In this document: in pieces, positions 8,071 through 15,479 of the stretch
Numbering within the stretch: the first letter of the stretch is position 1
How the letters are laid out: each line of letters begins with the position of its first letter
Virus record (IMG/VR): IMGVR_UViG_3300040801_001593
Location: 1 to 64,000 of that record
Source of the DNA: a virus
Strand: one strand, 5' to 3'
Length of the DNA stretch: 64,000 nt
The notes under the pieces: model-generated
The model's database searches: none
What the model saw: the letters and a program-made list of their open reading frames with translations, nothing else
Told to the model about the DNA's origin: nothing
Program-made: the position numbers and the translations under genes

Positions 8071-8529
8071 ATGATTGCTAAATTGGCAAAATATTTAGAG
8101 TATTTGAAGATAGCTTCTGTTTTGATAGGATTTATCCGGTCAATTGGATTTAGTTTTAAGATGTTTGTTAAAAAGGAGCAATCTAAAACAAGGATTCTCT
8201 ATTATAGAGATTCCAAGGGCAGAGTCAACTATAAGACTCTCATAATAGAAGATGGAGTCACCTACAAGATGCATGTCTTTAACAGTAAAAAGGTTAAGTC
8301 CAAAGATTTATTAAAAGTAGAGCTGTTCTGCTTCCTAAGGACAGATTTTAGACTGGGCAGTGGTGAAGAGGTTTGCCTTAAACTTTATAAAGGAAGACCT
8401 GCTGGTGCTTGGTATATGGTAATGTATACTGAAAGAGGTGAAGAATTAGAGTTTCAAGAGTTAGGATTGATTACTATGAATCAAGCCAGAAACCATTATG
8501 GTAAGTTCCTTAAGGAAGTTGCACTATAA
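8071..8529 (+). CDS. hypothetical protein with N-terminal hydrophobic segment
   Basis: AAAGGA RBS. 152 aa. Confidence 0.6.
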   Translation: MIAKLAKYLEYLKIASVLIGFIRSIGFSFKMFVKKEQSKTRILYYRDSKGRVNYKTLIIEDGVTYKMHVFNSKKVKSKDLLKVELFCFLRTDFRLGSGEEVCLKLYKGRPAGAWYMVMYTERGEELEFQELGLITMNQARNHYGKFLKEVAL

Positions 8530-8568
8530 ATATTTAACGGTGAACTTTTTATTTATAGCTGAAAACTA

Positions 8569-8604
8569 AAAATTTTTATATATTATTAGTATAAGATTAA
8601 TTTA
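8569..8604 (+). promoter_or_regulatory. reiterated AT-rich promoter/operator element, copy C
   Basis: AAAATTTTTATATATTATTAGTATAAGATTAATTTA, upstream of the ATG at 8633. Confidence 0.4.
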
Positions 8605-8632
8605 CTTACTAATTTAAAAAAAAGGAGCTTTT

Positions 8633-8926
8633 ATGGAAGCTAAGGATATTCAATTAGAAGCAGTATCTGATTACCTCAATAAGAGGAGTAAAGGTTGCAA
8701 AGAAGTCCACTGGTGCAACTCTTATGCTTACCTTAAAGTAGAAGTTGAAAAGACAACTACTTATTCTATTAAAGATGTTAGGATTATGAAGATTTGCCAG
8801 CCAGAATTTTTAAATAGTTGTTTCTTCTTTAATGTAGCAGTACCTCTTCCTTGGTATGGTGATGCTGAAGAGTTTGAAGCCTTGCTATTGGAACTTGTTG
8901 AAGATTGGGGTGGATATGACATATGA
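8633..8926 (+). CDS. hypothetical protein
   Basis: AAGGAG RBS. 97 aa. Confidence 0.65.
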   Translation: MEAKDIQLEAVSDYLNKRSKGCKEVHWCNSYAYLKVEVEKTTTYSIKDVRIMKICQPEFLNSCFFFNVAVPLPWYGDAEEFEALLLELVEDWGGYDI

Positions 8927-9077
8927 TAAATATAGAGTTGATTTTGGAGATACCAGACCTTGGGGATCACAAACTCAAATATTTACTGAAAAGGGTTGGG
9001 TAATTGTAGACAGCCTAAAGGAAGCTGATGAGGAAATTGAGAGAATGATAAAAGAAGGAGTTATGGAACATGATTAG
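8916..9077 (+). CDS. hypothetical protein (53 aa; internal ATG of track ORF 8856..9077)
   Basis: ATG at 8916 overlaps the preceding stop by 11 nt. The upstream part of the track ORF lies inside the previous gene. Confidence 0.45.
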   Translation: MTYDKYRVDFGDTRPWGSQTQIFTEKGWVIVDSLKEADEEIERMIKEGVMEHD

Positions 9078-9456
9078 AAAAGGATTGCTTTGTAGTGTAT
9101 TTGTTGATAAGGGAATATCTTGTTGTACTAATGGGGCAACTGGATATGATTATGTAAGAGATGTTATTTTAGTCCATCCTCTACTACCAGAAATATTTTC
9201 TTCTGATAGGAAGACACCAGCATATAAGCTTGTCCTTCCAGAAAATGAAGGGTACTTTAGAGATAACATCATAGCAAGACCATTCTTAGCAGATAAAACT
9301 TTAGACTCTAAGACCTGCAATACATTTAGTTTTGGAGGCAATTTCCTATGGAGTTCAGATTCAAGGTTTAGGAAGTTGGTTGAACACCCTATTCCTGTTC
9401 ATGACAGATATGAGCCATATAATACTTACCCAGAGGTAGATTATGGCTTTGAATAG
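9070..9456 (+). CDS. hypothetical protein
   Basis: GGAG RBS. 128 aa. Confidence 0.6.
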   Translation: MIRKGLLCSVFVDKGISCCTNGATGYDYVRDVILVHPLLPEIFSSDRKTPAYKLVLPENEGYFRDNIIARPFLADKTLDSKTCNTFSFGGNFLWSSDSRFRKLVEHPIPVHDRYEPYNTYPEVDYGFE

Positions 9457-9682
9457 TAGGTGTAAGAAGGGAGCTAAACAATTTGACCTTTTGGTAAGGT
9501 ATTCTTTAGCTAAAAATAATACTGTTGATGTAAGCTTTGCTGTTATGGATACTCTATTTGAGATAGAGACTGAAACACAAAGGATGAATGTGATTTGTGC
9601 AATAGCAAAAAGGTATAAGGCAACTCCTAATATCAACTTTTGCTATAATATGGTGACTTTTTACAAAGAGGTTAAGTTATGA
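9443..9682 (+). CDS. hypothetical protein
   Basis: GAGGT RBS. 79 aa. Confidence 0.55.
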   Translation: MALNSRCKKGAKQFDLLVRYSLAKNNTVDVSFAVMDTLFEIETETQRMNVICAIAKRYKATPNINFCYNMVTFYKEVKL

Positions 9683-9792
9683 GTGCAGGTGGTGGTGTAA
9701 CAATTGGAGAGATTTTCCTTGGTATGTTTTTTATATTTATCTTTATAGTAATGTGCATTGTTGCCAACTTTATAGTAGAGGGCTTGGTATGA
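9679..9792 (+). CDS. small membrane peptide (37 aa)
   Basis: My own translation is MSAGGGVTIGEIFLGMFFIFIFIVMCIVANFIVEGLV. ATGA overlaps occur at both ends. Confidence 0.45.
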   Translation: MSAGGGVTIGEIFLGMFFIFIFIVMCIVANFIVEGLV

Positions 9793-9983
9793 GTTTAGTG
9801 TTTAAAACTAATGAATTAGAGCAGATAATCAAGATAGAAGATGAATCTGGCAAGGAACTTTACTACATAAAAACAAGAACCAGAATATACTACTACTTTT
9901 TAGAGTATTGTGCAAAGCAGTATCTTAAAGGTGACAAGAAAGCCTTAGACTTTATTAAACCATTAAAAGGAGATATAACATGA
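9789..9983 (+). CDS. hypothetical protein (64 aa)
   Basis: Internal ATG of track ORF 9753..9983, coupled to the previous stop by ATGA. Confidence 0.5.
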   Translation: MSLVFKTNELEQIIKIEDESGKELYYIKTRTRIYYYFLEYCAKQYLKGDKKALDFIKPLKGDIT

Positions 9984-10375
9984 GTAAAGGTTTTGGAGTA
10001 GGTTTTGGCCAAGTTGATGGAACACAGTTTCAAAAGTTTGCAGACAATTGGCCAGAGCTTCAAACACAAATGAGTAGAATCTTGAACTCTCAACAACTTG
10101 CAGATGCTAATGCCCCTGCTACAGAGTTTGCAGTGTATCAACATTTTATCCTAAAAAGAAATAAGCCTATTGAAAAAAGATTGGCAAAGCTTATCTCTAC
10201 TTTGATTAAGGAAGTAGCTCTAACAGGGCAGTCTTATAGGAAGGTCATAGAGTCTCCGGAAGGAGAGAAAGCATTGTTTAGCTATGTAGACCCTCAATCT
10301 GATGATGATGCAGGATATATAGTAGTAAAAACTCCAACCCACTTGGCAATAATGCTTGTATCTATAGTAAGATAG
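9980..10375 (+). CDS. hypothetical protein
   Basis: AAAGGAG RBS. 131 aa. Confidence 0.65.
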   Translation: MSKGFGVGFGQVDGTQFQKFADNWPELQTQMSRILNSQQLADANAPATEFAVYQHFILKRNKPIEKRLAKLISTLIKEVALTGQSYRKVIESPEGEKALFSYVDPQSDDDAGYIVVKTPTHLAIMLVSIVR

Positions 10376-10398
10376 CCAATGGTTAATTTTAAGTAGAT

Positions 10399-10450
10399 AA
10401 ATATTAAATTTTATAGTATATTTATAATAGAAAGTAAATATACTATAAAT
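10399..10450 (+). promoter_or_regulatory. reiterated AT-rich promoter/operator element, copy D (perfect 15-bp inverted repeat)
   Basis: TTTATAGTATATTTA (10410-10424), a 10-nt spacer containing TATAAT, then TAAATATACTATAAA (10435-10449). Nearly identical to copies E and F. Confidence 0.5.
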
Positions 10451-10472
10451 TTAAAAAATAGGAGGAATAGAG

Positions 10473-10691
10473 ATGTTGACCATTAAGATTGGTGATGAGG
10501 GTGAAGCATTTCAACCTAACCGTATCCCTGAAATGGTTAGGATTTTGAGAGACCTTTGTGATAGGTTAGAAAATCATGGAGGTGATGTCAGTTCAGTTCT
10601 TAGGGACTATAATGGCAACAAGGTAGGTAGAGCGCAGTTCCACCACAAAAATCAAGCCTTGCCTGAAAACTGGATAGAGGAAGGACTTTGA
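10473..10691 (+). CDS. hypothetical protein
   Basis: TAGGAGG RBS. 72 aa. Confidence 0.65.
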   Translation: MLTIKIGDEGEAFQPNRIPEMVRILRDLCDRLENHGGDVSSVLRDYNGNKVGRAQFHHKNQALPENWIEEGL

Positions 10692-10692
10692 T

Positions 10693-11343
10693 ATGGAATT
10701 GTCAAAAATAAAATCAAAAATTGAAAAACTGAAAAGGATGGCTGAAACTTCTGGACCAGAAGCAGAGAATGCCAAACGTCTTATTCAAAACCTTATTCAG
10801 AAGTATGAAGTCAATCCAGAAGAATTAGATGCTCCAAAAGAATGGATCACCTATAGACTTCATAGACTTAAGAAATATGGTATCCATTTGGCAAGATGGA
10901 TGCGAATTAAAGACTATAAAGTAAATGGCAAGCCAGACTACATAAAGATTGAAGTTGACCCTGATGAATACAGAATGTACCATGAACTAATGGGAGAGAT
11001 TAAGTTCTTGTTCAATAAAATGGAAAGAAAGTACTTGAAACAATTCCTTAGTGGTGCTCTGGTGAGTGAACCAAGAGCCAGAGCTTTAAAGAATGATGCT
11101 CTCAAATCTTTCATGAAAGGTTATATGGACACAAACTATCCTTATGATAAGAACCTTTGCCCCAACTGTCACTCAGGAGTCATTCAGTTTCCTACTGGCA
11201 AAAGACCTTATTGCCTTGAATGCAAGACTGTCTTTGGTGTTACTAAGTATCAAGGTTTTAATGAAAATGGAGATGCCTTTATGAGCGGTGTAGCTACTAA
11301 AAGGTCTATTGGTCAGGATAAATTAAGAATTGGAGGATATTAA
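10693..11343 (+). CDS. hypothetical protein, DUF2786-like N-terminus plus C-terminal zinc ribbon
   Basis: The N-terminal KIEKLKRMAETSGPEAENAKRLIQNLIQKYEV resembles the DUF2786 helix pair. CPNCHSG...CLECK lies near the C-terminus. Confidence 0.5.
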   Translation: MELSKIKSKIEKLKRMAETSGPEAENAKRLIQNLIQKYEVNPEELDAPKEWITYRLHRLKKYGIHLARWMRIKDYKVNGKPDYIKIEVDPDEYRMYHELMGEIKFLFNKMERKYLKQFLSGALVSEPRARALKNDALKSFMKGYMDTNYPYDKNLCPNCHSGVIQFPTGKRPYCLECKTVFGVTKYQGFNENGDAFMSGVATKRSIGQDKLRIGGY

Positions 11344-11579
11344 TGGGTATTACTGACAAGGATGGGCTATGGGATGTTAGACCATCAGAAGGAACCATCA
11401 GAAACTGCAAAACAGGAGAGGTTAAGAGAGTAGAGAATCTACCATCAGCAAATGCAATAGCTTATGCAAACTATAATGTCTATATGAGAAAGTGTGCAGC
11501 AGCCTTTGCTACTGGAAGTTGGCCAATGACAGAAAAGACTTGTGGCTATTGTAGACAGAAAAGGTATGAATCATTCTAA
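11343..11579 (+). CDS. hypothetical protein
   Basis: GGAGG RBS, TAATG coupling. 78 aa. Confidence 0.6.
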   Translation: MGITDKDGLWDVRPSEGTIRNCKTGEVKRVENLPSANAIAYANYNVYMRKCAAAFATGSWPMTEKTCGYCRQKRYESF

Positions 11580-11590
11580 AGGATAATATT

Positions 11591-11893
11591 ATGAGTAATA
11601 AAGATTATGTTCCATCAGCAATAACATTAGCACTGATGGAAGTGGCAGAATTTGATTGGGATGGCAAACTTTGTATTATGCCAGATGCAAATATGTATAA
11701 ATGGTCAAAAACTCAACCAGAAGCAGGAGGACAACCAGAGTATTGGTTATTCAAATATGATACAGATAAAGAAGAAGTTGTTGGAAAGCCAGTGCTAACT
11801 TCTAAAAACCCTTTGGTTGTCTTTTCAGCAAAGCCCTTCCCTATTGTAGAGAAAAGGAAGCATATCATAAAAGGAGTTGACTATGATAATTGA
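11591..11893 (+). CDS. hypothetical protein
   Basis: AAGGA RBS. 100 aa. Confidence 0.6.
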   Translation: MSNKDYVPSAITLALMEVAEFDWDGKLCIMPDANMYKWSKTQPEAGGQPEYWLFKYDTDKEEVVGKPVLTSKNPLVVFSAKPFPIVEKRKHIIKGVDYDN

Positions 11894-12572
11894 TGAAAAT
11901 TTTAAAGGGTTGATTAAAATGGATGGTTATTACACCATTAAGGATGTAATATGTAGTGAAAGCCTTACTATAACATTACCACTGATAATTCAAGGTGCAT
12001 TAAAAGTTGGTGGCTCATTAAAAGTTGGTGGCTGGTTAGAAGTTGGTGGCTCATTAAAAGTTGATGAATGGTTAGAAGTTGGTGGCTCATTAAAAGTTGG
12101 TGACTCATTAGAAATTAGTGGCTCATTAAAAGTTGGTGGCTCATTAGAAATTAGTGGCTCATTAAAAGTTGGTGGCTGGTTAGAAGTTGGTTACTCATTA
12201 AAAGTTGATGAATGGTTAGAAGTTGGTGGCTCATTAAAAGTTGATGAATGGTTAGAAGTTGGTCAATCATTAAAAGTTGGTGACTCATTAGAAATTAGTG
12301 GCTCATTAAAAGTTGGTGTCTGGTTAGAAGTTGGTGGCTCATTAGAAGTTGGTGAATGGAAATCTGTGCTTGGTATAAAAACTTCATCCTGCTACTTAAT
12401 ATTCTCAACTTATGCAATTACTGTATTAGACACTCACATCAAGATAGGATGCGAATTGCATCCTAAAGAGGAGTGGAAGAACTTCACTGATGAGCAGATA
12501 CTCAAGATGGATGGTAAAAAGGCATTAAGATTTTGGAAAACATGGAAACCTATACTATTCCCTAATGGCTAA
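11883..12572 (+). CDS. hexapeptide-repeat (beta-solenoid-like) protein with conserved C-terminal domain
   Basis: ATG at 11883 lies 6 nt after AAGGAG. About 20 consecutive 6-residue repeats of form x-[SW]-L-[KE]-[VI]-[GDS] (GSLKVG/GWLEVG/DSLEIS). The C-terminal part is non-repetitive. Confidence 0.75.
   Translation: MIIDENFKGLIKMDGYYTIKDVICSESLTITLPLIIQGALKVGGSLKVGGWLEVGGSLKVDEWLEVGGSLKVGDSLEISGSLKVGGSLEISGSLKVGGWLEVGYSLKVDEWLEVGGSLKVDEWLEVGQSLKVGDSLEISGSLKVGVWLEVGGSLEVGEWKSVLGIKTSSCYLIFSTYAITVLDTHIKIGCELHPKEEWKNFTDEQILKMDGKKALRFWKTWKPILFPNG
11990..12362 (+). repeat. 18-nt tandem coding repeat array
   Basis: GGTGGCTCATTAAAAGTT and variants are reiterated head to tail. This is the DNA image of the hexapeptide repeats. 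Confidence 0.85.
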
Positions 12573-12587
12573 TTTAACTATAGATTT

Positions 12588-12640
12588 ATACTATAAAATA
12601 TAGTATATTTATAATAGAAAGTAAATATATTATAAATTTA
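12588..12640 (+). promoter_or_regulatory. reiterated AT-rich promoter/operator element, copy E
   Basis: Half-sites ATACTATA (12588), TATAGTAT (12599) and a degenerate right arm TAAATATATTATAAA. Includes TATAAT. Confidence 0.45.
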
Positions 12641-12657
12641 ATAAAAGGATATTGTAA

Positions 12658-13152
12658 ATGAATGTATTTACCCTTGATGCAAACCCTCAAATTTCGGCTA
12701 AGTATACTTTTGATACTCATGTTAGAAAGATGACTGTAGAGCATGCTCAAATATGTTGTTCAGCATTAGATAGTTTAGGGTTATGGGAGCCTTGGATGTA
12801 TAAGCCAACTCACCTCCATCACCCTATTACTAAATGGGCTGGAGAGAATTTCCTCCACTGGAGGAAAGTCTTGGTAAGTGGTCATAAGCTTGCAATGGAG
12901 TTCTACTATAGATTCCAAAAGAGCCACAAAACCACAAAGCTATACATGGCTCTTGCTGATTATGCTTTAAGGGAAAAGGAAAAAATTAAAAACTCATTTC
13001 CTGACAATCCAGAAAGACCTCAACCTATTTGTTTAGAAGATTTTGCTATAATAGAAAATGATGTAGTTGCTTCCTATAGGAATGCGTACAATACTTATAA
13101 GCTTCACTTAAAAGGATATACCAGAAGGGCAGAGCCTGAATGGCTAATTTAA
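12658..13152 (+). CDS. conserved hypothetical protein
   Basis: 164-aa ORF. The N-terminal pattern LD-x-NP...D-x-H-x-x-KM-x-x-E-x-x-Q is one I recall from uncharacterised phage and large-virus proteins. I cannot name the family. Confidence 0.6.
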   Translation: MNVFTLDANPQISAKYTFDTHVRKMTVEHAQICCSALDSLGLWEPWMYKPTHLHHPITKWAGENFLHWRKVLVSGHKLAMEFYYRFQKSHKTTKLYMALADYALREKEKIKNSFPDNPERPQPICLEDFAIIENDVVASYRNAYNTYKLHLKGYTRRAEPEWLI

Positions 13153-13160
13153 CAGTAACT

Positions 13161-13215
13161 AAATATTAAATTTTATATTATATTTATAATAGAAGGAAAG
13201 ATACTATAAACTTAA
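13161..13215 (+). promoter_or_regulatory. reiterated AT-rich promoter/operator element, copy F
   Basis: AAATATTAAATTTTATATTATATTTATAATAGAAGGAAAGATACTATAAAC. Near-identical to copy D. Confidence 0.45.
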
Positions 13216-13229
13216 TAAAGGAGACTGAG

Positions 13230-13409
13230 ATGTCTAAAGAAACTAAAAAAATCAACTTTGAAAAGTTGGGAGAAGCTATTGCTTCAGAATTTGGTATTTC
13301 TGAGGTTGTAGGAGAGATTGAGCATCAAACAGGTACTGTTTGGGTAGACCTACCTGATGGAACTACTCTTGCAATAACTGCTATGGCTTGCGAAGACATG
13401 GAGGATTAA
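13230..13409 (+). CDS. hypothetical acidic protein (59 aa, below ORF-track cutoff)
   Basis: AAAGGAG RBS. My own translation is MSKETKKINFEKLGEAIASEFGISEVVGEIEHQTGTVWVDLPDGTTLAITAMACEDMED. Its stop lies 1 nt before the next ATG. Confidence 0.6.
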   Translation: MSKETKKINFEKLGEAIASEFGISEVVGEIEHQTGTVWVDLPDGTTLAITAMACEDMED

Positions 13410-13410
13410 T

Positions 13411-14013
13411 ATGGAAACTATAGAGTATAAGAGATTCAAAATTAAAATCAAGAATATGGACAATCCTCCTAACCCATTAGAGAAGTTTGATGGGTTCACT
13501 GTAATGCATTGCTTCCATGATAAGTATCAGTTGGGAGATGAAAATCCTTATTTAAGATCCAACTATAACTCTTGGGAAGAGTTTAGAAAAGAAATCATTA
13601 GAAATGAAGGCAGTTGTGCAATACTTCCTCTATACCTTTATGACCATAGTGGTATAACTATTAACACTACTGGGTTTAACTGCTCTTGGGATAGTGGTCA
13701 AGTGGGATGGGCTTACATTCCTTTTAAGAAAGCTTATGAGCAGTGTGGGTGGAAAAGAGTGACCTGTAGAAGACTTACTCAAATGTATGATTGGATTAGG
13801 TCTGAGGTTGCTTACTATGATAACTATCTTATTGGTAATGTTTATGAGTATGAGATAATTGATGAAACTGGACATCCATTAGATTCCTGCTCAGGCTATT
13901 ATGGATATGACCATGAACAGAGTGGATTATTAGAATCTGCTAAATCTTGTATAGATTACTATATTGAGAAAAGAGATGAACATCATGGAGTTCAACAAGT
14001 CTTAGAATTGTGA
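13411..14013 (+). CDS. conserved hypothetical protein
   Basis: GGAGG RBS. 200 aa. The pattern D-x-P-x-NP-x-E-x-x-D-G...H-x-x-Y-x-LGDE is one I recall from phage and plasmid proteins of unknown function. Confidence 0.65.
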   Translation: METIEYKRFKIKIKNMDNPPNPLEKFDGFTVMHCFHDKYQLGDENPYLRSNYNSWEEFRKEIIRNEGSCAILPLYLYDHSGITINTTGFNCSWDSGQVGWAYIPFKKAYEQCGWKRVTCRRLTQMYDWIRSEVAYYDNYLIGNVYEYEIIDETGHPLDSCSGYYGYDHEQSGLLESAKSCIDYYIEKRDEHHGVQQVLEL

Positions 14014-14015
14014 GT

Positions 14016-14057
14016 TTATTCAGTGCTAACCTAACTGGCACTAATTTAATATTGTAA
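14016..14057 (+). pseudogene. relic 3' end of a pentapeptide-repeat gene
   Basis: It reads LFSANLTGTNLIL-stop. It is part of a perfect 49-bp repeat (14023-14071 = 14515-14563) that otherwise forms the 3' end of the first pentapeptide gene plus the intergenic RBS. Confidence 0.5.
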
Positions 14058-14078
14058 ATAAATTTAAAGGAGCTTATT

Positions 14079-14549
14079 ATGCTAATTAAAAGAAAAGATG
14101 GTACTATTGTTATCAAAGATGATAAATGTAAAACAGTTGCTGAACTATTAAAGAAGTATAAGGGACTTGGCAAGGACTTAAGAGAGGCAGACTTAAGATT
14201 TGCCGACTTAAGTAAAGTTGACTTAACTGGTGCCAACTTAGAAAACGCCTACTTAACTGGAGTTGACTTAAGAGATGCTATCTTATTCAAAGCTAACTTA
14301 AAAAACACTAACTTAAAATACGCCGACTTAGGACAGGCGGACTTAAGAGAGGCTAATTTAGAAGATGCTAATTTAGAATATAGCCACTTAGGGAAAGCTA
14401 ACTTAGAAGATGCCGACTTAAGAGAGGCTAACTTAAAACATACCATCTTATTCAAAGCAGACTTAAGAAAAGCCGACTTAACTGGTGCTAACTTAAGAGA
14501 CACTAACCTATTAGGTGCTAACCTAACTGGCACTAATTTAATATTGTAA
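14079..14549 (+). CDS. pentapeptide-repeat protein, paralogue 1
   Basis: About two dozen A(D/N)LxX pentapeptides follow a 35-aa N-terminal module, MLIKRKDGTIVIKDDKCKTVAELLKKYKGLGKDLR. Confidence 0.85.
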   Translation: MLIKRKDGTIVIKDDKCKTVAELLKKYKGLGKDLREADLRFADLSKVDLTGANLENAYLTGVDLRDAILFKANLKNTNLKYADLGQADLREANLEDANLEYSHLGKANLEDADLREANLKHTILFKADLRKADLTGANLRDTNLLGANLTGTNLIL

Positions 14550-14570
14550 ATAAATTTAAAGGACTTACTA

Positions 14571-15218
14571 ATGGTAATTGAAAGAAATGATGGTACCATC
14601 ATCATTAAAGACGATGACTGTAAAACAGTTGCCGAACTATTAAAGAAGCATAAGGGACTTGGTAAGGATTTAAGATGTGCTAATTTATTCAATGCTAATC
14701 TATTCAATGTCAACTTAAAACATGCTGAATTAAAACAGGCTGACTTAAGGTGTGCTAACTTAAAACACGCTGAATTAAAACTGGCTGACTTAGGACAAGC
14801 TGACTTAAGATGCGCTAACTTAGAACAGGTTTACTTAGAACAGGCTAACTTGTTCAATGCTAACTTAAAACACACTAACTTAAAACAGGCTAACCTATCT
14901 GGTGCTATCTTAAGATATGCCAACTTGAAACACACTAACTTAAAACAGGCTAACCTATCTGGTGCTATCTTAAGATTTGCCAACTTAGAAGATGCTAATT
15001 TATTCAATGTCAACTTAGAACAAGCGGACTTAGAAGATGCCAACTTATTCAATGCCAACTTAACTGGTGCTAACTTAAGAGACACTAATTTATTCAATGC
15101 TAATTTAGAACAAGCGGACTTAGGACAGGCTATCTTAGAACAGGCGGACTTAACCTCTTCTAACTTAAAAGAGGCGGACTTAAGGTATGCCGACTTAACT
15201 GACACCAAGTTAGAGTAA
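14571..15218 (+). CDS. pentapeptide-repeat protein, paralogue 2
   Basis: Same N-terminal module (MVIERNDGTIIIKDDDCKTVAELLKKHKGLGKDLR), followed by about three dozen pentapeptides. Confidence 0.85.
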   Translation: MVIERNDGTIIIKDDDCKTVAELLKKHKGLGKDLRCANLFNANLFNVNLKHAELKQADLRCANLKHAELKLADLGQADLRCANLEQVYLEQANLFNANLKHTNLKQANLSGAILRYANLKHTNLKQANLSGAILRFANLEDANLFNVNLEQADLEDANLFNANLTGANLRDTNLFNANLEQADLGQAILEQADLTSSNLKEADLRYADLTDTKLE

Positions 15219-15479
15219 ACACAAGTAAAATATAAATTACCATTCTACCCTCAAACTGCATTGCCCACTGCCTCCACACCGGAGGTTATTTATAATATTC
15301 CTATAAAGGACTATATAAATAGAATAAAGTCTTTAATACTACTTAATAAAGGAATAAAGAGTATATTCCTTTATAATACCTTATAAGTTATCTAATAAGA
15401 GAAGAAGTAAGTTATATATAGAAAAAGGGTATATCTCCTATACCTATTATAAAATTCAAAAAAAAGAATAAGCTGTGAT

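Noticed and set aside
13940-15208. Antisense ORFs 13940..14236, 14249..14713 and 14831..15208
   Set aside because: They are reverse-complement shadows of the pentapeptide-repeat genes (periodic LKS/ASLK). The sense ORFs have good RBSs and a recognised repeat family.
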